This document shows positions 48,155-58,413 of a stretch of DNA of 64,000 nt, one piece after another. Positions within the stretch are counted from its first letter, which is position 1, and every line of letters begins with the position of its first letter. The notes beneath the pieces are model-generated. The model did not search any database. It worked only from the letters and a program-made list of their open reading frames with translations, and was not told where the DNA came from. The stretch lies in the NCBI GenBank assembly GCA_963826785.1, contig CAWGYD010000001.1:288001-352000 (forward strand), given 5' to 3'. The DNA is from an uncultured delta proteobacterium. Lineage in GTDB: Bacteria > Desulfobacterota > Desulfobacteria > Desulfobacterales > Desulfosalsimonadaceae. The position numbers and the translations under genes are program-made.

Positions 48155-50041
48155 TTATTTTTCCAGCGACTCCCAGCGGGCATAGGCTTCCGCAATGGCC
48201 TTTTCGAGTTGCTCCAGGCGGGCTCTTTCCCGGGCGATGGCTTCTGTTCCTTTTTTGTAGAATTCGGGATCGGCCATGGCCGTGTACAGGACGGCATGTT
48301 CGGATTCCAGTTTTTCGATCTGCCCGGGAAGGGCTTCCAGTTCCCGCAGCGCCTTGTACCCGAGTTTGGCGGGCTGCCCCGAACGGGGTTTGGCTTTCTT
48401 TGCCGGCGGGGGCGGCGGGCTGGCCGGCTGCCGGTCGACCATCCCCTGTTTGCGCTGGATCTGCCAGTCGTCATAGCCGCCCGCGTATTCGATGATGTTG
48501 CCGTCTTCCTCGAAGACGATGCTGCTGGTGACCACGTTGTTTAAAAATGCCCGGTCATGGCTGACCAGCAGGAGGGTCCCCGTGAAATTGAACAGGAGCT
48601 CTTCCAGCAGTTCAAGGGTTTCGATGTCCAGGTCGTTGGTGGGCTCGTCTAAAACCAGGACATTGGCCGGCCGGGTGAACAGCCGGGCAAGCAGCAGGCG
48701 GTGCTTTTCCCCGCCGGAGAGGATGTGGACGGGGGTGCGGGCCCGTTCCGGGGAAAAGAGGAAATCCTTCAGATACCCGATGACGTGCCGCTTTTCACCG
48801 TTGAAAACAATAAAGTTGTTCCCCTCGCCGATGTTTTCCGACACTGTTTTTGATTCATCGAGTTCGGCCCGCAGCTGATCGAAATAGGCCACTTCCAGGT
48901 TCGTCCCGTGGATCACCCTGCCGGCATCCGGGGTGAGCCGCTTGAGCAGGATGTTGAGCAGGGTGGTTTTTCCCGCGCCGTTTTCGCCGATGATCCCCAC
49001 CCGGTCCCCCCGCAGGATCAGGGTGGAAAAATCACGGATCACCGGCTTTCCGTCATAGGCGTAGTAAACGTTTTCGGCCTCGATCACCTGTTTGCCGCTC
49101 CGCTGTGCATCCTGGATCTGCAGGCGGGCATTGCCGGTCTTTTCCCGGCGCATGCGCCGGGCTTCGCGCATCTTCTGCAGTTCCCGGACCCTTCCCTCGT
49201 TGCGGGTCCTGCGGGCCTTGATCCCCTGCCGGATCCACACTTCCTCCCGGGAGAGTTTCTTGTCGAACTCCGACTGCTGCTTTTCTTCGGCGTCCAGTGC
49301 GGCCTGCCGGCGCTCCAGGTAGCGGTCGTAGCCGCAGGCGTAGGAAAAGATCCGCCCCCGGTCGAGTTCCATGATCCGGGTGGCCGTCCGTTTCAGGAAC
49401 TGCCGGTCATGGGTGATGAACATCAGGGTCAACGGGCTTTTTAAAAGGTATTCTTCCATCCAGGCGATGGCCGCGATGTCTAAATGGTTGGTGGGCTCGT
49501 CCAGCAGCAAAAGATCGGGGTCGCGGGCAATGGCCCGGGCAAACAGCGCTCTTCGTTTCATCCCGGCCGAGAGCCCCGCAAACGGCAGGTCCGGGGCAAG
49601 CCCGGTGCGGGAAAGGACGCTTTCCACCCGGTTGAGCATCTCCCATCCCCGGGTCGGGTCAAGCGATTGTGAAAGTGTTTCGGCGGCATCCGGGGCGGTT
49701 TCCTTTTCACGGGCCATATCACGAAAAGCGGACAGGGCCGCTCCGTTGACATCCAGACCGCCGGCCACCGCATCAAAGAGGGTCCCCTCAAATCCCGGCG
49801 GGACTTCCTGCTCCAGTGCGGCCACGGTGATGCCCTGCTGCCGCCAGATTTCCCCGCTGTCGGGGCGCATCTGTCCGGTCAGCAGTTTAAAGAGCGTCGA
49901 TTTGCCCGCCCCGTTTCGCCCCAAAAGGCCGACCCGCTCCCCTTTTTCAATATTGAAGGTGATGTTTTCCAGCAGGGGCGTGCCGCCGAATCCCCAGCAC
50001 ACCTCCCGCATTCCGATCAGTGCGTCAGATTTGCGGCTCAT
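48155..50041 (-). CDS. uup: ABC-F ATPase Uup
   Basis: Two ABC domains (GRNGAGKS, GENGAGKT), EEVWIRQGIKARRTRNEGRVR linker, C-terminal coiled coil. Confidence 0.9.
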   Translation of the reverse strand: MSRKSDALIGMREVCWGFGGTPLLENITFNIEKGERVGLLGRNGAGKSTLFKLLTGQMRPDSGEIWRQQGITVAALEQEVPPGFEGTLFDAVAGGLDVNGAALSAFRDMAREKETAPDAAETLSQSLDPTRGWEMLNRVESVLSRTGLAPDLPFAGLSAGMKRRALFARAIARDPDLLLLDEPTNHLDIAAIAWMEEYLLKSPLTLMFITHDRQFLKRTATRIMELDRGRIFSYACGYDRYLERRQAALDAEEKQQSEFDKKLSREEVWIRQGIKARRTRNEGRVRELQKMREARRMRREKTGNARLQIQDAQRSGKQVIEAENVYYAYDGKPVIRDFSTLILRGDRVGIIGENGAGKTTLLNILLKRLTPDAGRVIHGTNLEVAYFDQLRAELDESKTVSENIGEGNNFIVFNGEKRHVIGYLKDFLFSPERARTPVHILSGGEKHRLLLARLFTRPANVLVLDEPTNDLDIETLELLEELLFNFTGTLLLVSHDRAFLNNVVTSSIVFEEDGNIIEYAGGYDDWQIQRKQGMVDRQPASPPPPPAKKAKPRSGQPAKLGYKALRELEALPGQIEKLESEHAVLYTAMADPEFYKKGTEAIARERARLEQLEKAIAEAYARWESLEK

Positions 50042-50819
50042 TTGACCCCCGATCCTTTTCGAACAGTTCCCGCATCTGTATGGGGATGCCGGCAGTTTCA
50101 ATCGTTAAGGGCGCTGTTTCGCCGGGCGGGCAAAAGGTCAGGGAGAGGGCGTGCAGCCCGAGCCGGTCAAAGGCATGGTTTGTTTTTAAAAAATTTATTG
50201 CCCGGGTGGAGCCGTACCGGTCGTCCCCCGCCACCGGATGGCCGGCCAGTTTGGCATGCCGCCGGATCTGGTGTTTTCGGCCGGTGAGAATTTCAATCTC
50301 CGCCAGGCTGTAGTGAACGCTTCGGTAAAGGACCCGGTACCGGGTTTCACAGAAAACCTTCGGACCGCTTCCGGCCGGATTTTTTCGTCCCCCGGCCTCC
50401 TTTGCCAGTGGCCACTGCCAGGTTCCCCAAGCCTTCTCGGCCTCAGGTCGCTCATTTGAATCGGGGGGTACAACCGGGCCGTGCAGAATGGCAATGTAGC
50501 GCTTTTGGATCCTTCGGGACTCAAACTGCATGGACAACAATCGAAAGGTCTCGCGTTCTGCGGCCATCAGCAGCACCCCGCTGGTCTCCTTGTCCAGGCG
50601 GTGCACCGGGTGGATCCCAAAATCCGTATACGGCCCCATATCCGTATACAGTGCCGGCTTTTCCCGGATATCGCGGTCCATGATGGTGCACAGGTCCCGG
50701 CCGGTTTCATTGTGGACCGTCAGCCCGGCCGGTTTATCCACCGCCAGCCACCCCTTTCCCAGGGCAAGCACCGGTATTTCTACGGATTTAAAATAAATAG
50801 TGAAAAAATGTCTTGACAT
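50025..50819 (-). CDS. RluA-family pseudouridine synthase
   Basis: DKPAGL, VHRLDKETSG, TGRKHQIRRH, GDDRYG, LHA. Confidence 0.92.
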   Translation of the reverse strand: MSRHFFTIYFKSVEIPVLALGKGWLAVDKPAGLTVHNETGRDLCTIMDRDIREKPALYTDMGPYTDFGIHPVHRLDKETSGVLLMAAERETFRLLSMQFESRRIQKRYIAILHGPVVPPDSNERPEAEKAWGTWQWPLAKEAGGRKNPAGSGPKVFCETRYRVLYRSVHYSLAEIEILTGRKHQIRRHAKLAGHPVAGDDRYGSTRAINFLKTNHAFDRLGLHALSLTFCPPGETAPLTIETAGIPIQMRELFEKDRGSNEPQI

Positions 50820-50841
50820 GGGATAAATTATAGCACATCCT

Positions 50842-50859
50842 TGCGTACAAGTGTACGAA
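50842..50859. promoter_or_regulatory. FabR-type operator palindrome
   Basis: TGCGTACA-AG-TGTACGAA, downstream of TTGACA (50813-50818) and upstream of the acyltransferase genes; a FabR-like gene lies 2 kb downstream. Confidence 0.7.
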
Positions 50860-50953
50860 CATTTGTTTTTACAATTAAAAAAACAATTAAACGATCAATT
50901 GTATCTCATATGACTTTTCAAAATTTTAAAATACTGAATCAAGGAGACCGTCA

Positions 50954-51904
50954 ATGACACCACAAGCCAACGCAAACGTTGAAGCATTTAAAATCCGGGG
51001 CCGCGGTTTTGCCGGCGGCGGCGGAAAAGGCGTTCAGATGAAGAAATTTGCGCCCTACACCGACTTTGTTTTAAAGCATCTGGTGGGGCAGGGGGAGATC
51101 ATCAATCCGGAGGCCCTGCTCCCCACCGACGGCCGGCCGGTGGTGGCGGTGGTTTCCCATGGCCCCGGCGCCGCGTGGATTCCCCTGGTGGCACTGGTGG
51201 GGAAATATTTCATCGACAACGGCTTCGGCGATATCGTCGGCGGCATGTACCCGCACAAGGCCCTGTTTCTGATCCCCGGCTTGAAAGACTACTACCGGCG
51301 GGTGCTGGGGACCCCCACCGACGTCCAGACGGTCGATGATGTGGCCGCCCTGTTGAAAAACAGGGAAATCGGGCTGACCGGCACCGCGCCCGAAGGGGCC
51401 AACTGCCTGCTCTCCTTTAGCGATTACGTGGCCCCGTTTCGTTCCAAAGGGATGATTGCGGCCGCCATCAAGGCGGATGCCGCCGTCTGCCTGATGGCCC
51501 ACCAGGGCGCGGAATCGTGGAACATCCGGATCAATCTGCCCCTGGGCCTGAGTATCCCCCGGACAAACGGGCTGCGGGGGATTAACATTACCCTGCCGCC
51601 ATATCGCAAAATTAATCATTATATGGTGATGTGCAGAAGGTATCAACCCTCCATTTCATCGGCGGACCTCGCCGCGTGTTCAAAGGATGCCGCCCGGCAT
51701 CTCATCGGCATGGAAATCGAAACCATGCGCAGGCAGATGAACGCCATGACCGATGAATTAAAAGTCATGATGACCGGCAAAACGGTTGAGGAAACACGGC
51801 AGAGAAGGCAATCCGCCCGCCTGCGGCGGCAGGAGAAAAAGGCCATGATCGCCGCCGCGCTGTTTCCGGATGATGAAGCATACCTGATGCCAGTTCACCA
51901 CTAA
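50954..51904 (+). CDS. Divergent PlsC/LPLAT-superfamily acyltransferase-like protein
   Basis: VVSHG, TAPEGAN, FRSKGMIAAAIKA resemble LPLAT blocks; RBS AAGGAG. Confidence 0.6.
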   Translation: MTPQANANVEAFKIRGRGFAGGGGKGVQMKKFAPYTDFVLKHLVGQGEIINPEALLPTDGRPVVAVVSHGPGAAWIPLVALVGKYFIDNGFGDIVGGMYPHKALFLIPGLKDYYRRVLGTPTDVQTVDDVAALLKNREIGLTGTAPEGANCLLSFSDYVAPFRSKGMIAAAIKADAAVCLMAHQGAESWNIRINLPLGLSIPRTNGLRGINITLPPYRKINHYMVMCRRYQPSISSADLAACSKDAARHLIGMEIETMRRQMNAMTDELKVMMTGKTVEETRQRRQSARLRRQEKKAMIAAALFPDDEAYLMPVHH

Positions 51905-51932
51905 ATTGTTGAGATGAAAAGGAGTTTTGTCA

Positions 51933-52908
51933 ATGAACGTATCGCCGCCAACCATGGTTGAATCCGGCCAGCATCTTTTCAACGGCGCCCTGATGGGCAT
52001 GGCCGCCCCTCTGCGCAAATTCGTTTACCCGGAAGTCGGGATTTCGAAAACCGCATCCGACCGCCTGGCCGAAGGCATCAGCGATGTGATCGGCCACCGG
52101 ACCGAGGAATGGACGGTGGCGCCCCAAAATAAAGCGGCCATGGAGCGGCAGATGATGGTGTGGGATATCCTTCTGGACTATTATTTCCGCTCCGAGACCA
52201 CCGGGTGGGAGCGCCTGCCGGCGCGACCCGTCCATGCTCGTCGGCATCCATTCCGGCACCTGGCTGACCATGGACGCCTGGACCCTGTGCGCGGAATGGT
52301 ACCGGCATTTCAAGGAAAAGCGCATCCTTCACGGCACCGCCCATGATGTGCTGATGGCCCTGCCGGTGCTCGGGAGCTATTTCCGCAATGTGGGGGTGAT
52401 CCCGGCCAAACGCGAAGCCGTGGGCGCAGCGTTTGCGGCCGGCCACGACGTGGTCATCTGGCCGGGCGGGGAGGTGGATGCCATGCGCTCCTGGAAAAAG
52501 CGCGATACGGTCGTGCTGGGCGGCCGCAAGGGGTTTATCCGCCAGGCGATCCGATCCGGCGTGCCCATCGTGCCGGTGGCCACCATCGGCGGGCATGACA
52601 CGGTCTTTGTACTGTCCGAATGCCGCAAACTGGCTAAAATGCTTCGCCTGAAAAAATTGCTGAGATGCGATATCGCCCCCCTGGTTTTGGGTTTTCCGTT
52701 CGGCCTGACCCTCGAAGCCTTTCCCATGCACATTCCGCTGCCGGCCAAGATCCGCACCGAAATTCTCGATCCCGTGGACATCGACGATGACCCGGACCGG
52801 GCCAATGACGGCAGATACGTGGACGGCAAATACAGGGAAATCGAAGACCGCATCCAGGACGGGGTCAACCGCCTGGCCAAAAAGCGGCGGGGTTGGGTGT
52901 TCAGATAA
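51933..52908 (+). CDS. Lysophospholipid/DAG acyltransferase family protein; frameshift at ~52228
   Basis: YFRSETTGWERLP | LVGIHSG...D, WPGGEVD, GRKGFIRQAIRSGVPIVPVATIGG, PLPAKI. Confidence 0.82.
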
Positions 52909-53028
52909 GGGTCTTCATCCACTGTGGACAAACACCACGATCATAAATCAGATTTGAAATCGTTTAAAATTCTGATAACAACAAGATTTATCATAAAGAG
53001 ATTGTGAAATATTTCGGGGAGAAAACAG

Positions 53029-53700
53029 ATGGCTTCTCGCAATGAAGCAAAACAGCAGAAAGAAAAGACCAGCCAGACCCTGATCGAGTCGGCCCTGGAA
53101 CTCTGTGCGGAAGAAGGCTACGCCAGTTTAAGCCTGCGGTCGGTGGCCCGGAAAGCCGGCATCGCGCCCACCTCTTTTTACCGGCATTTCCGTGAAATCG
53201 ATGAGATGGGCGTGGCCATGGTAGATCAGGCAAAAGCGGTTTTAGCGGATTGGCTCGCCGGGGCGGGGAAAAAAATGACTATTGCGGCAACCAAACCCGG
53301 GGATGCCCCTGAAAAAATGCTTTCCGCTGTCGAGCACCTGACCCGCCCTTTTGTTAAGACGTTCACGGACTGTTTTTGCGCCAACTTTCGTCTGCTCCAC
53401 CTGTTTTTCCAGGAGCGCACCGGATGCGCCGACCCCCTTCGCGCCGCCATAACCGATGCCATAGACGACTTGATCCGCAAACTGGCCGAAATTCTGAAAC
53501 AGCCCGGCAGCCCATTTGCCGGCCAAAGCAAAAAAGCGGCCATGATCGCCCAGACCCTGATCACCATTGTCAGCCGCGATGTCATGGAAAGCGCCTCACC
53601 GTCAGACGCTTCACCCGATTTCGACACGGAGTCGACCATCGTCAAATCAAACCTCCTGTTGCTGGGGGCGCTCATTCACAAACAGATCAAACAGGAGTAG
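53029..53700 (+). CDS. fabR: TetR-family regulator, FabR-like
   Basis: QQKEKT...ASLSLRSVARKAGIAPTSFYRHF closely matches the FabR HTH as I recall it. Confidence 0.75.
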   Translation: MASRNEAKQQKEKTSQTLIESALELCAEEGYASLSLRSVARKAGIAPTSFYRHFREIDEMGVAMVDQAKAVLADWLAGAGKKMTIAATKPGDAPEKMLSAVEHLTRPFVKTFTDCFCANFRLLHLFFQERTGCADPLRAAITDAIDDLIRKLAEILKQPGSPFAGQSKKAAMIAQTLITIVSRDVMESASPSDASPDFDTESTIVKSNLLLLGALIHKQIKQE

Positions 53701-53702
53701 CC

Positions 53703-54845
53703 ATGGAAGCGATGAGATTGGACAAGGCGATCAAGATTTTACTGGAAGCCCATGTGCAGCATGAACTGGGCCGCTTCAAATCCGGAAAGTACCGGCAGAC
53801 GATCCGGGAGGAAACAGCGGCAATGTTTCGCTGGATCAAAAAAATTAAACTTTTGGAAATCATCACCCCCGAACAGGTGATCGGTCTGATCGACAGAAAC
53901 GTGGTTCAAATGCCCGTGGCCGGGGGGATCACCGAACTGGCCGGTGAAATGAGCCAGCGGGTCCTGGCCTCCCCGCAGAATCAAGACACCGCCCTGGAAG
54001 ACATTTTCCCCCGCAAGCCCTATGATGACATTGTGGACAAGATCGGCGGCCTGGACCGCGCCAGAAAAGATCTCATCGGGCGGCTGGTCAACAGTTCCGT
54101 TTACGCCCAGCAGATCTCAGAGGTGCTGTTTACCGGGATCAAGGAATACCTGCTGGCTGAAAACATTTTCGCCCAGAAGGTGCCCGGCGTGGCATCGCTG
54201 ATCAGGCTGGGCAAATTTGCCGTCAGCAAGACCCTGCATCCCCTGGAGGTCGCGGTGGAAAAAACCGTCAAGACCTACATCGAAAACAATCTCGGCAACA
54301 CCATCCGCCGAAGCGAAACCTCTTTAAACGCCTATTTCGACGAACCCCATATCATCGAAATGGGCGATGAAATCTGGGAATCGATTTCAGACACCCGGTT
54401 ATCGGAATACTTCAAGATGTTAAACGCCGATGACATGGAGGATTTTATCATCATCGGGCATGATTTCTGGCTTCATTTCCGCAAAACGCCATATTTTAAG
54501 GGTATTTATACCGACCTGGTGCATTTTTTCTTTGAAAAATACGGTGACCGGGAACTCGATCTCATTGCCGAGGATGTGGGGGTGACTGAAGAAATGGTGG
54601 TCAACGAACTGACCCAGACCCTGTCCCACGGCATTGAAAAGGCGCTTTCCAGCGGGTACCTGGAAGAGCGCATCCGGGCCCGGCTGGAAGATTTTTACCT
54701 GTCGTCCCGGACCGCGGCCCTGCTGGGTTCTCTGACGGGGCCGCCCGAGGCTGCCGAAACGCTCCCCCCGCAAAGCGTTTCCGCGCTGCCGGCGCAAGGC
54801 AAAAAGAAAAAAGGCACCGGCAAACCGGCAGTCAAAAAGAACTGA
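53703..54845 (+). CDS. Hypothetical helical protein (380 aa)
   Basis: ATG at 53703 after AGGAG, 2 nt after the fabR stop. The ORF-track extension to 53376 overlaps fabR and is not credible. Confidence 0.8.
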   Translation: MEAMRLDKAIKILLEAHVQHELGRFKSGKYRQTIREETAAMFRWIKKIKLLEIITPEQVIGLIDRNVVQMPVAGGITELAGEMSQRVLASPQNQDTALEDIFPRKPYDDIVDKIGGLDRARKDLIGRLVNSSVYAQQISEVLFTGIKEYLLAENIFAQKVPGVASLIRLGKFAVSKTLHPLEVAVEKTVKTYIENNLGNTIRRSETSLNAYFDEPHIIEMGDEIWESISDTRLSEYFKMLNADDMEDFIIIGHDFWLHFRKTPYFKGIYTDLVHFFFEKYGDRELDLIAEDVGVTEEMVVNELTQTLSHGIEKALSSGYLEERIRARLEDFYLSSRTAALLGSLTGPPEAAETLPPQSVSALPAQGKKKKGTGKPAVKKN

Positions 54846-54885
54846 AAACGTTTTCAAAGAAGTTTTAGCTGAGTGGTTTAAAGGG

Positions 54886-55798
54886 TCAGGCGGCCATATC
54901 CGTATCCAGCTTTTTTTTGACCGCGGCGATTTTGGCGGTCAGGTTGAGAAGATAGGCGGGTTCGGGCTGCTTGGGCTCGGGTTGGGGGTCGTATTCCTTC
55001 TGTTTTACCCGTTCTACTGTTTTTTCCATATCCCCTTTTTCTTCTTTGAGGCATTGCCGGATCAGGTCAAAAAATATTTCCGCCTGCCCCAGGGACCGGT
55101 CGGGGAGAATCTGCGCGTCGCGGCCGGAAAAGACTTTGTAGTGGCCCAGGCAGATGATGTTGGCATCCAATTGACGAAGCTTTTGTATGGAGTGGATGTA
55201 ATCGTCATAGTCATAGAGCCATTCCGAATAGATATACCCGGTCTGGTCGACAATGCCCAGCGATTCGCCCGGAAACAGGATCCCGGATTCGGCGAATAAA
55301 ATAGCTCAGGCAGTCCCGGGTATGGCCCGGGGTTTCGATGATCCGAACGGTCAGATCGCCGGACAGGGCGATTTGGTCGCCTTCTTCGGCAATGATATCC
55401 ACCTCGAAGGGCTCAAAGGCGATGCTCCCGGCCTCTGGCTGCAACGGGTCCGAGGCTGCCGAGAGAAAACCGTTTAAACGGGTGATCACGTCGATGACCC
55501 GGGGACGTTTGAAATTTTGCCGGGCGATAGGGGAGGCGACGACTTTGAGGCCCGGAAAGGCATCCTTCAGCTGGGCCACGCTTCCGCAGTGGTCGTAGTG
55601 GGAATGGGTGAGAAACAGGTAGCGCGGCGGCCTGCCTTGTAAAATCCGCTGGATGTCCCGTATATAAGCGGGGCCGAAAACCGTTGCCCCGGCGTCAAAC
55701 AGGGCCGGTTCCGGCGCATCCAGCAGGAACGCGGGCGCTTCCGGCTGGCCGAGCAGGTAAAGATTGTCTTTGATTATACCGTTTTGCTGAAAATTCAT
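54886..55798 (-). CDS. MBL-fold metallo-hydrolase; frameshift at ~55294
   Basis: THSHYDHCG, TPGHT; continues after a one-base shift to ...ICLGH in ORF 54886-55170. Confidence 0.82.
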
Positions 55799-55930
55799 TT
55801 ATTAATCACATTCTCTTCGATGGCTGCTTTACATTTTACAGGAATCCGGAAATCTCATGTTGGCTCGAAAAGCCATTTTGCGCGGGCACAAGGGGATCCT
55901 TTACGCGTGGATGTGTGGTTGAAATGCCCG

Positions 55931-56386
55931 TCACCATGCTTCGGGGTATCCGATGTCCACAAAGGCGTTTTCCATTTTGAGTTTGTGCCGGCGCTCCATG
56001 GCGGCCAAATCCAGAAAAATCCGCTTCTGTTCCGGGTCGGTGCACCCGTCGGCCAGGCGGGTGTAGCGATCCATGGCCTCGGCCTCCTTTTTCATGGCCA
56101 GCGCAAACGCATCGGCCGGACTCATGTCCGCGGACACCTCGGGGCGGGCCACCGTTTCGGCCACATGGTAGTCCCGGGTTTCCTCGAAAGGGAGGGTATC
56201 GGAAACGGTGGACAGGAAGCCGCTGAGAATTTTTTCATGGTTTTTTTCCTCCGCGGCAAATTCCGTAAACATCTCTTGTAAAAAGGCATCCTGCATCCGT
56301 CCGGCCGCATCCCGGTAAAACTGCTGGGATTCGATTTCGCCTTGAATGGCATCGGCTATGATTTTTTCATATTCCAAACGATCCAT
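55931..56386 (-). CDS. Ferritin-like/rubrerythrin-family protein
   Basis: Duplicated E...ExxH motifs (EEKNH, MERRH). Confidence 0.87.
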   Translation of the reverse strand: MDRLEYEKIIADAIQGEIESQQFYRDAAGRMQDAFLQEMFTEFAAEEKNHEKILSGFLSTVSDTLPFEETRDYHVAETVARPEVSADMSPADAFALAMKKEAEAMDRYTRLADGCTDPEQKRIFLDLAAMERRHKLKMENAFVDIGYPEAW

Positions 56387-56593
56387 CAGCTGTCTCCTTT
56401 TCTGATCGTGAACTGCAATCGCCTAATGTATAGAGGGCGCGCGTCCGGGTGTCAATTTTTAATCCGCATGCGTCCGGACGCGTTTTAAACCTTCCGGCCG
56501 ACCTTATTCGGAAACGGTTATTGAAATTATGAGCGGATCATGTAAAATACAGGGTATTTTTCGGCACTAAACCCCTTCAAGAGGAAACGGCGC

Positions 56594-57424
56594 ATGGCTG
56601 AGGAAACGAAAATCATCGATGCGTGGCTGCAGCACCCCACCCTGGCGTTTATCAATCATCCCATTTTTGCGTCCCTGCGCCGATGGATGGGCGTGGACCG
56701 TCTCACCGAGGAAATTCCTGTGGAAATGACGCTTGCGGCCATGGATGAGGCGGGAATTGAAACCGCGCTGGCCAGCGCCTGGTATGGTCCGAACGGCCCG
56801 ATGATTCCAAACGAGGCGGTGGCGGACCTCATAGAGAAGCATCCCCATCGATTTGCGGGGATCGCCTCCGTGAACCTGTATACCCCCATGCCCGCCATCC
56901 GCGAACTGCGCCGGTGGGTCAATGACTACGGCTTCAAAGGGCTGCGGATCCTGCAGTGGCTGTGGAATCTGCCCGCCACCGACCGCCGGTATGCCCCGCT
57001 GTTTGCCGAATGCGTCCAACTGGATATTCCGGTCTGCTTCCAGGTGGGGCACACCGGACCCCTGTGCCCCTCGGAGCCGGGCCGGCCCATCCCCTACATC
57101 GACGAGGTGGCCATCGATTTTCCCGAACTGAAAATCGTGTGCGGCCATATCGGGTATCCCTGGACCACGGAGATGATCGCCGTGGCCACCAAGCACGCAA
57201 ACGTCTTTATCGACACATCCGCCTATACGGCCAAACGCTATCCCGCCGAACTGGTGGCATACATGAAATCAAACGGCCGCAAAAAGGTGTTGTTCGGTTC
57301 CAACTATCCCATGATCACTCCGGCCAAATGCCTCAGGGATATTGACGATCTGGGACTCGATCCCGAGGTCAAAACGCTCTTTTTATCTGAAAACGCCCGG
57401 CGGGTATACCAGCTCGACAAATAA
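56594..57424 (+). CDS. Amidohydrolase_2 family protein
   Basis: IIDAW, QVGHTGP, CGHIGYPW, IDTSAY, LFGSNYP, ENARRVY. Confidence 0.88.
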   Translation: MAEETKIIDAWLQHPTLAFINHPIFASLRRWMGVDRLTEEIPVEMTLAAMDEAGIETALASAWYGPNGPMIPNEAVADLIEKHPHRFAGIASVNLYTPMPAIRELRRWVNDYGFKGLRILQWLWNLPATDRRYAPLFAECVQLDIPVCFQVGHTGPLCPSEPGRPIPYIDEVAIDFPELKIVCGHIGYPWTTEMIAVATKHANVFIDTSAYTAKRYPAELVAYMKSNGRKKVLFGSNYPMITPAKCLRDIDDLGLDPEVKTLFLSENARRVYQLDK

Positions 57425-57594
57425 CTGTTTTATCGGTCAAATCCTTATCTTAAATGAATCCCGGTGGCCGTATCAAATGCCACCTGATCCCGGTTGCAAT
57501 CTTTACAGCCGGATGATAAGGCAGATCCATTAACCACTTCAGAAAATCATTTTTCAGCCCTCTGTCGACCCTCTTTTAAGCGCATGGAGTCCAT

Positions 57595-58392
57595 TTGAAA
57601 CCGTTGAACCGCTTTAAAATCCTCGTTTTTCGACGAAGCCGTCCGCTCCTTTGCCGGCCACGGAATATTCTGCCGTGGAGCGCCCTCGCATTGCTCATCG
57701 TCCTGGGGGGCTCCGCCGCCGCCTGCGGCAGCCTGAAAACGACACCTCCAGAACCATCTGATACGCTCATGAATGCCACACTGCCTTCCGATGCGCTCAT
57801 CCGTCGCGATGACCGCGGCATTGTCTATTACGTGAAGGGGGAAAATCTTTCCGGCCCGCTTGAATCAAGCCCCCGATTCCGGAAGCTCCAGTCGGAAAAT
57901 AATCTGGCTGAAATTTCGCTTTTCTTTATTTCAGCCCACCACGATCTGTTTGCCCTCTCCCGGCCGGAAGCGGAACTGACCGTCCTTTCGGCGGTGACCG
58001 ACGACCTCGGCCTCTCCCATGTCAAATTCCAGCAGGTATACAGAAAAATTCCCGTATGGGGATCGGAAATGATCGTTCATCTGGATCGCGAAAACCGGGT
58101 CTACCTGGTCCAGGGCCGGCATATTCCGACGCCGGATGGGATCCGCCTCCAGCCCGATATCACCGCGGCCGATGCTGCGCGGATCGTGGCCAGAGACCTT
58201 GATGCGCACTCCTCAAAATGTCCGATGTGCCGCACCGAGTTGGTCATCTACACCCCGGAAGCGACGGGGCGTCCCTGTCTGGCCTACCGCATTTCCGCGT
58301 CCATGCGTCCGGATGCGGGGTGGATGTATTTCATCGACGCGTCCACCGGTGAAATCCTTGAAAAGCTCTCCACCGTCCGGACGGGCGGATAA
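57595..58392 (+). CDS. Lipoprotein made only of FTP + PepSY (M4 propeptide) domains
   Basis: Lipobox AAAC; DDLGLSHVKFQQVYRKIPVWG (FTP); ELVIY...YFIDASTGEIL (PepSY); stop with no HExxH. Start uncertain. Confidence 0.78.
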   Translation: MKPLNRFKILVFRRSRPLLCRPRNILPWSALALLIVLGGSAAACGSLKTTPPEPSDTLMNATLPSDALIRRDDRGIVYYVKGENLSGPLESSPRFRKLQSENNLAEISLFFISAHHDLFALSRPEAELTVLSAVTDDLGLSHVKFQQVYRKIPVWGSEMIVHLDRENRVYLVQGRHIPTPDGIRLQPDITAADAARIVARDLDAHSSKCPMCRTELVIYTPEATGRPCLAYRISASMRPDAGWMYFIDASTGEILEKLSTVRTGG

Positions 58393-58413
58393 TTATCCAA
58401 TCCAGGTTCTTTA

